Shown: positions 53,323 to 64,000 of the stretch, piece by piece
Numbering within the stretch: the stretch's first letter is position 1
Layout of the letters: the number at the start of each line of letters is the position of its first letter
From: Octopus vulgaris
Taxonomy: Eukaryota
Length of the DNA stretch: 64,000 bases
Reading direction: 5' to 3'
Assembly (NCBI GenBank): GCA_951406725.2
Contig: OX597832.1
Location: 16,988,001-17,052,000, forward strand
Position numbers and translations under genes: made by a program
The notes under the pieces: model-generated
The model's input: only the letters and a program-made list of their open reading frames with translations
The model's database searches: none
Told to the model about the DNA's origin: nothing

Positions 53323-55353
53323 TCATTTACATTTTCCTCAGTATTTTCATATTCCTATTATTTCAAAAATGAAACAGCACAGAGTACACATGAAAATTCC
53401 GAGCCCATAGCCTATTTTATTATTCCATATTATTCTATGAATGATGTCAGAGAAGTAATAAAGAGTACCATATTATGTCCTAGGCGTATATGCCTTGTCA
53501 TGCTTCCTTTCACTTCATTTTTGCTCTTCTTGTGTGTTCAGATCTCCTTACAATGTAATTCTTATAAATGTTTCTCACTAACAATTCAAACTATGCAGAT
53601 TTAATTTATTCCTCATTTATTTTAATGAAAACAAATGGATGTTAGCACACCCACTCTCTTTATAAGTTGCAGAGATTTTGTGCTTAGTTAATCTAACATT
53701 AATGCGTTAGTTTTGAGTTGTTGTTGTTGTTTTTTTCTGTAAGCGTTCAGGAACGAAACAGAGGTAGTTGTTTGAAGTTTACAAATCAGACATATTCGTT
53801 ATTGAGTCGTTATTCTTAATAACATGCATATAATGATTAAATGTCAAATGTTTAGCAAAATACGAATCGCAAAATTCTACTGTGTCCCCGATAATCACTG
53901 AGATATTTTACAAAATTAAGTGTAAAGATTGATAATTTATTTAGGAATATTGGCTGTGAAGCAGGTTTCAGAATTGATAATTTTTTTGGCGTACTGTGAA
54001 ACGCATGACTGGTAACACGTGATGAGAAATGTAATTGCTAACAAGTCTTAATTAATGTGTGACGCAAACATACATTTCAAAAAGTGTGTCACCAGTGAGA
54101 AATAGTTTGTAAACCTCGAAATGAAAAAAAGAAATAAATACAATTTGTTAATTCATATGACTGTATCGTTGATCTGCAATTCTGTGTGTTATATCTAATG
54201 CACAGTTGGGCGAACTTTGTGAGAATGAATAACTAGACACACATTATCGATATCCATTTGGTGATGTCTATTGAGATGTAGATTGATCTTTTGTGTTTCT
54301 TTGCTTTTTATTTCGTTGAATGAACGCATTTCTTGATTGGTAGCCATTCCGTCCGTTTGCTTCTTCGTTTTTATTCAACTAATACCTTTAGATTTCACTG
54401 ATAGTTTATTCCTTTCACTGGTAATATTACAAAGGCGCTGTCGACTACTCAAATATCACCAGATTCCTCAAAATCACCACGCTATTAAAAGTACTACCAT
54501 CGTTATAAAAACCGCCTTCACCACCATAACAACTACCGCTGCCAGCACCAGCTACATCTCTCCCGAAATGTAACGTCAATAACATTGAACTGGCACATGT
54601 GACTTAGATTTTCGTTACTATCCTTCGGCAGTTTATACACGCGCAAACACTTTTGCCTGAAGTGTAAATATAAGGAAAACTATTCAAAGTAACTTCTATT
54701 GCAGAAGCTTTCCCATCGTGCTATCGCACTCCCCTGTAGTATACACAATGCCCTGAAGCTAGAGTTCGCAAAAAGACATTTTTGTACATCACCAATTTTA
54801 AAATAAGCTTCAACACGACAGTGGTGAAGATAAAGAGGAATGAAAGCGAAAGAAAATGAGCGAAAATGCACTTTACAAGGTTCTGTATAATTTCATTATT
54901 CTTCTAACTAGGGCGTTGGCATGATATCAAATAGCATAAGAAAATCAAATTGAATGGCTTCTTTGGATATAAAGTTGCGCTTCTTAACACACTGTGTTCA
55001 AATTTTACTGAGGACGTGGAGGACAAGCAATAACCATTGATAATGGAGGTTCTGCGAGATTTCGTTATACTATACTAAGTCGATATTCATTCTGTGATCT
55101 ATAAAGTAAATACAAGTTTTGAACTGGAATCACTGTGATCGAGTGAAGTCCATATGAAATTGAATTGACTTCTGCTTTCGAAAGGAAATAATTGGATTGG
55201 CAAAATAGGTGGAGCGTAGGAATAAAAAATTGCCTTACGTTTTATGCATTGAGGTTTCAAATTCTGCCAAGATCAAATTTCATTTTCCACCTTTCATGGT
55301 TTATAAAAAATCAAATACGTGCATCGATTAATTAGTGAACCCATTCCCTTAAA

Positions 55354-55508
<155 letters not shown>

Positions 55509-55744
55509 ATGTCGATGATAATGATGTTGCGGATCTAGACACTTTTCAAATTAACAAATCGAAAGAAAGAGCTGAATGGTTGTGGTACTATTTTCCAGTG
55601 GGTACTCTAATCAGTACTTTGTTTTATCAAGTCCGAAAGAGTGGTAGGCAAAGTTAATTGTAATGGGATTCTACACGGAATGTAAAATGTGGAAGAAATT
55701 TCACAAATTCTTTCTCTTTTAAGGATTCGAGAAATCTAGTGTTG

Positions 55745-56070
55745 CATGGCTCACTGGTTAGAGAGTCGGACTCACATTCATGAAGAAGTGAGTTCAAATC
55801 CTGTTACAGGCTGTGTGTTGTGTTTTTGAACAAGGCTCTTTATTTCATGTTGCTCCAGTTCTCTCAGCTGTAGAAATGAGTTGCGACGTCTCTGATGCCA
55901 AGCTGTATCGGCATTTTGCTTTTCCCTTGGACAACATCGATGGCGTAGAGAGAGGAGGCTGGTATGCCTTATGCATACCATACGACAACTTTGCAAAGGC
56001 TTGTGACTCGAAGGGAAACTTTCTAGGTGCAATCCTATGGTCACTCATGACTGAAAGGGTTCTTTACCAT
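55745..56070 (+). mobile_element. tRNA-derived SINE
   Basis: Reverse-complement homology to 43095-43430. Confidence 0.75.
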
Positions 56071-56199
56071 TTACCCTTTGCTGTCATAATAACAATATAA
56101 CAGGAGTTTCTCGTGTTAAATTTGAAAGAAGAAGTTATAGAGAAATACCAACATTTTGGAAAGAAATGTAGTGTTAGAGAAAATTAATTTACATGCGTA

Positions 56200-56730
56200 G
56201 TTCTACAGAGACCCCAAAAATATGGCACCCATGACTCAACTTATGAATTTCTCTGCTATGCAGAATTCAAGTGAGAGACGGAGAGACTGTTTGTGGCAGC
56301 ACAAGATCAAATTCTAAGCAATAATTTACTGAGTAAGGATATCTAATCTATCGCATCAAAGAACAAGTGCAGCATATGTAATCAGATAATGGAAAATATT
56401 GATCATAATGTAGAAGACTGGATAATGTTACTTCAGAAAGAAGACAAGCAACGTTTGATAAGGTTTGTCTCAATTTACACAGGTCATTTTGTAAAAAGAA
56501 ATATGGATACAACACTTCAGACAAGTAATACAATCATGTACCAGAAAAAAAGCTATAAATGAATCTGCTAAGCAAACAGTTCTGTAGGACTTTGACAACC
56601 AGATACACAGAATGACTGAAAACCGTAGATCAGATATGATTAGACGTGACAGGGTAAACGAGAACGTCTTCTTATAGATATTGCAATTCCTTCACAAAAA
56701 TAAATGGATGCATTTTTAAAAAATTAGAAT
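56200..56730 (+). pseudogene. Older R4/Dong-like C-terminal fossil
   Basis: ETERLFVAAQDQ, CSICNQIMENIDH, VL*DFDNQ...NRRSDM and LIDIAIP remnants. Confidence 0.65.
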
Positions 56731-56765
56731 AATTATACATACACACATACCTGTATGTATGTATG

Positions 56766-56799
<34 letters not shown>

Positions 56800-56859
56800 T
56801 GTATGTATGTATGTATGTATGTATGTATGTATGCATGTATGTAAATGTGTGTGTTACTG

Positions 56860-57099
56860 TTTTTACTCTCTCTTTTACTGGTTGCTGTCATTTGACTGTG
56901 GCCATGATGGAGCACCGCCTTTAGTCGAGCACATCGAGCCTGGGACTTATTCTTTGTAAGCCTAGTACTTATTCTATCGGTCTCTTTTGCCGAACAGGGA
57001 CGTAAACACACCAGCATCGGCTGTCAAGCGATGTGGGGGGGAAAGAAACACAGGCACACAAACATATATACACACATGCATATATATATATATACATAC

Positions 57100-57158
<59 letters not shown>

Positions 57159-57320
57159 TATACGACGGGCTTCTTTCAGTTTCCCTCTAACAGATCCATT
57201 CACAAGGATTTGGTCGGCCCGAGGTTATAGTAGAAAACACTTGACCAAAGTGCCACGCAGTGGGACTGAACCCAGAACCATGTGGTTGGTAAGCAAGCTA
57301 CTTAACACACAGCCACTCCT
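56860..57320 (-). mobile_element. Second-family SINE copy
   Basis: Collinear with 2822-3245. Confidence 0.85.
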
Positions 57321-57914
57321 ATATATGTGTGTTTGTGTGTGCATGTATATATACATATATACAGTGTAAAGAGATAGAGTAAAGCACTGCTCCAGCATGA
57401 CTGCAGTCAAATGCCTGAATCAAACAAGATATAAATCATAAAAATAATGTCTATCATTTAATATAATATAGTAAAATACAAACGCAATGTTCCATCAACA
57501 AGCCCGATGCTCCATCTCATGAGAGGTAAATATAGTAGAATATGATTTACATTGGCTGCTATTTCTCGCATTTCTGGACAACATAGACAGGCACTTCTTT
57601 GGCGTAGTCATCGTACTTTATGCTGTCATTGTTGTTATTTCTGCTAGTGTTTTCCATGCTAATATATTCTAAAGGAAAGTGTGATCGTGTGCGCATGTGT
57701 GTGTTTGTATGTGCGTACGTGAGGGGGGCGTGTACAAGTGAGTATATGTCTTTGTAAGTGCGTAGGTATGAGCGTAGGTGCGTGCGTACATATGTGCGTA
57801 CGTTCGTGTGTGCGTGGGGCTTGACACAGAGCTGTTCCGTCTTCACAATTATTTGAAGAACATAAAGTGAACTGATATAGCTATGTATGTGAGTGTGTAT
57901 TTTGTTTGTAGGTA

Positions 57915-57940
57915 TTATATCGCATATGTATATATATTTA

Positions 57941-57990
<50 letters not shown>

Positions 57991-58142
57991 TACATATATT
58001 TACATATATACATATATATATATCTATATACATATATATATATATATATATATTCATATATAAATATATATATATCTATATATATATATACATATATACT
58101 TATATAAATATATATATATGCATATATATATATATACATACA

Positions 58143-58186
<44 letters not shown>

Positions 58187-58389
58187 CACATATATATATA
58201 TATATACATATATATAGCATTATAAATATATGTTTGTATGTATTTTTCTGTATGTAAGTTTGCGTCTGTGAGTTACTAACGATATCTTTTTATTTTTCAA
58301 AAACACGTAAATTACGTATTATCAACACAAACAATTTAGAAAAATTATATATGAGTATGTGGACATATGTGTGTATGTATATGTGTGTG

Positions 58390-58450
<61 letters not shown>

Positions 58451-58575
58451 ATGAATATATATGTATGTATATGAATATATATGTATATATATGTACATAA
58501 ATATATATATGTGCATATATATATGTATGTGTTTGTGTGTGTGTATGTGTGTGTATGTGTGTGTGTGTGTGTGTT

Positions 58576-58615
<40 letters not shown>
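57915..58615. repeat. (TA)n/(TG)n microsatellite zone
   Basis: Directly visible. Confidence 0.95.
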
Positions 58616-58616
<1 letters not shown>

Positions 58617-60210
58617 TTAACTCTTTGTTTCTTCTTTTGTGTGTTTCTTTACTCTTTCTCAACAAAAAATGACGCATTATTATCTATACATAAGTATAAG
58701 TTATCACGGGTTTTGGAAAAATAATGCAAAACCCATTTACTAGAAAAGCATTTAATTAATAATTTGTCTCATTACTAATTAATTATCTCGAATAATTTGG
58801 CCTTACAGAATAATTCTTTATACCGTTTATGTCATTATTCTAAATGGATTAATTAAATTGTTCAAGAATTCATTATTACGAATATTATTCATTTAATTGA
58901 ACTTCAGAAAACCTTAATAGTTCAAGAAGTTCATTTATTCAATAAAACTTCTGTAACTTGAATTATCTTAAGAATTTGAATGAGTTCACTTTTCAGCTTT
59001 TTGCTCTTCTTCATCGAATGAGATAGTGATGGAGATAGACAAATGTTGTCTTTTTTACATAATGTCAGCCTAAAATAGCTTTCTGGTTGTTTCGTTTGAA
59101 GCTAACTTGTACTATCATATATTGTTGACTACGTCATCCAAACCATTTTTACTCAGAGCTGTCTGTTACTCCTGTCAGTTATAGGAATGAAGTCATGATT
59201 GGACAACATATTAAAGGGATTTTGTCAACAACAAAAAATAGACACTAGTTCTAAGATTGATTTTTTTTTTTTTGCTTTCGTTTTTGTTTTGTTCGGTAAT
59301 TTTTCTATCAGCCTATAAGACTAACCGCTAGGCAACTGGGACGCAGACAAACCAACCTACGGTGTCAAGCAGCGATTGGTGTAAAACACAGACGTAAATA
59401 TACACATAAATTTGCACACACACACAAACACACATTCACACACTACAGACACACCGCACTCACACAGACAAGCACCCCACATATAGAGTACATACGCACA
59501 CAAGCACACAACACACACAGAGCATACGCCACACACACAGAGCATACACCACACACACACAGAGCACACATACACGATATACGGACAAACATATATAGCT
59601 GTGTGCGTGTACGTGTATATTTTCATATTTGCGATACTACTACCAGAAAACTATATAAAGCCTATCCTTTAACATCTCTACATTAACATGAAGGCTAGCA
59701 ATAGACAGTATTCACCACATGTTCCAAGAGGTACAAATGGTTAGAAGTAGAAACCAATATACGATAGAACTGTGAAAAGCTGATATTTAAATATAGTAAA
59801 AAAAAAGATGATTTCGAAAACGTTTATGGATACGGTAGAGTTCATTCGAAACCAAAAAGAATTCAAGACTGTAACTACCTTTGATAATTTTGAAGTGTTC
59901 ATCACAGAGGATGGATACACATATGACATGACCTGGCAGTAGTTCTATGTTGTAAGTATACAGACTTATCCTAATACAGATATCTATCGATCTATCATCT
60001 ATCTGTGTGTGTGGCGGGGTGCCTGTAGTCAGCAATTTATGTATATATATATATGCATAAATTGCTGACTACATTATCGAAAATCTTTTTACTCATGGCT
60101 CCCTATTGCTTGTCTAAGTTATTGGAATTAAGTGATGGTGGGACAACATTTTAAAGGGTTTTAGTTCAAAAAAATTGGACACTCGTTCTAAAATCGTGTT
60201 TTTTTAAACT

Positions 60211-60242
<32 letters not shown>

Positions 60243-60415
60243 AAATACGAAGGATGAAAAATTGAATATTAATTTGATTAATACCAATTTAAAACCCGTA
60301 GTCTAGCATATAGAAAAATCTGGAGATTCAGAAAAATTATATTACATACATATAAGAGGGATGAGCACTAAGTGAACATCCATTATGCTAGAAGTCGAAC
60401 TCCTATGGTCTTACC

Positions 60416-60458
<43 letters not shown>

Positions 60459-60484
60459 TGTGTGTATGTGTGCGTGTCTGTGTG

Positions 60485-60549
<65 letters not shown>

Positions 60550-61585
60550 TCGTCTATGTATATGTACACACACATACACGCATCCACTCACGCAAAAACA
60601 CACAAACATGACCTTTGGTGATGCAGACTTGAAAGTCCGGCATGTAGATTATCAACCAAAATGATGAAACATAGTTATGTGTAACTTAATGTCATAAAGT
60701 GCTTCCGGTGGATCTCATGCGTTTGGGCATTTGTAAGCATTTTGATTATCTGTTCCAAGGCTCCGAACAACTATAATATTGAAACGCTCGGAGGAATTTT
60801 AATATAGACCTCTCCCTCACTCTCCTTCTCTCTCTTTCTCTCCCTCTCTCTCTCTCTCTCCCCATTAGCCTCCCGACGGACACACACACACTCAGAGATA
60901 GATTTATAGATAGATAGATAGATAAATTAATAGCTATACACTAATACATACATATATACATATATAATATGTATGTATGTATGTATGTATGTACGTATGT
61001 ATGTATGTATGTATGTATGTATAAATGGATATGCGTATATTGGTGTATTCATGTGTAAATTTGGGTGAGTGTCTGCTAATCCAATTGACAATTACATTGG
61101 TGTTGACCGTCGTCCGATTGATTCACCATTCAAAATAAACTACTTGAGAATGTCTGATCAATTTCCGCGCCGACAGACAAGTAAGTACATAAAACAAAAT
61201 ATATCATGGTTTGAAGGCGGACAGACGAGTCTAGTTTCCAGGTCATATCCGATTATCTCAATTTAATACATATAGTCTTTTGTCGTGGATCAAGCAGAAA
61301 AAAATACAGAAAAAACAGCGATGAAAACGGTCTAGCGATTAAGGTGAAATTTTCATTTTAGCTTTACAGAATTAAAATAGCTACGACTAGCTGACATAAT
61401 AGTAAATTCTGTTGGAAAAGATAATATCCTGAACCATATCGAGAAATAGGTTTGCCAAAGGAAAATAGCAGAGTGACAGCAACTGGATGAGTTGAAATAC
61501 AATATTAAAATCTTTCATGGTACACAGTATTTGTTTATCTCTTGGGCTTAGGCACATATACGCATGCATTCATCGATGTAACGAT

Positions 61586-61638
<53 letters not shown>

Positions 61639-61964
61639 TGTATATGCATATATACTTTCTTGCATAATGTAATTATGCTTGGGCTCATACAACGACACAC
61701 AGAATATATATTATCAAATAGTGATTTTATTGGTCGAAATTTCGGAGTTTCACTTGTGTTTAGGCTCATCGTTTCGGAGGTATCTTCAAAGTCACATTCA
61801 ATACAATCATTAAAAATATCTGTAAGCAGACTTGTGTTAACCCATTTTCTCAGCTACCGCTGTGTTTTATTAATATCTTTACGAAACATTGCTTAAATAC
61901 ATACACATACTAGTGTATATATATACTTACATATACTAGTGTATATGCGCGCCTGAGTGCTTGT

Positions 61965-63820
<1,856 letters not shown>

Positions 63821-64000
63821 AAATGTTATAGAAAACGTGCTGAAAGAAGGAAAAAACAAAATCGCTCATAAACAAGAAAACACATGAAAAAGATTTATAA
63901 AAGAATATATACACAGTAAATCTTACAAGATGGATGAACAGAGGGAGAGTCTGAAGTGTAAAGAAAGATATATTTGCAATGAGATTATGAGAGATGGAGA

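Noticed and set aside
47510-53345. TSD around the whole SINE-LINE-SINE composite
   Set aside because: No convincing direct repeat in the outer flanks.

Overview
This is AT-rich, microsatellite-dense eukaryotic DNA with no recognisable host exon. The SINE families look like those of octopus/cephalopod genomes (inference from repeat content only). Almost all ORF-track entries are microsatellite artefacts. The real content is transposable elements: one near-intact 5.36-kb L1/Tx1-clade LINE (47904-53259, minus), many tRNA-derived SINEs, R4/Dong-like and Penelope-like fossils, a mariner fossil, a non-autonomous Helitron, a MITE and several minimal hammerhead-like motifs. Main result: the sequence shows a target-specific LINE/SINE system. 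The Tx1-like LINE sits, with a 16-bp TSD, ~47 nt into the head of a tRNA-derived SINE, between the Pol III A and B boxes. That SINE shares its 3' tail with the LINE. Eight further junctions show the SINE's own 3' end joined to exactly the same nucleotide of other SINE heads. This builds 184-bp head-to-tail arrays and chimeras with related SINEs that have a different tail. A sister Tx1 family with the same tail architecture is inserted twice into one (GATA)n microsatellite. All alignments were done by eye, and novelty could not be checked against databases.
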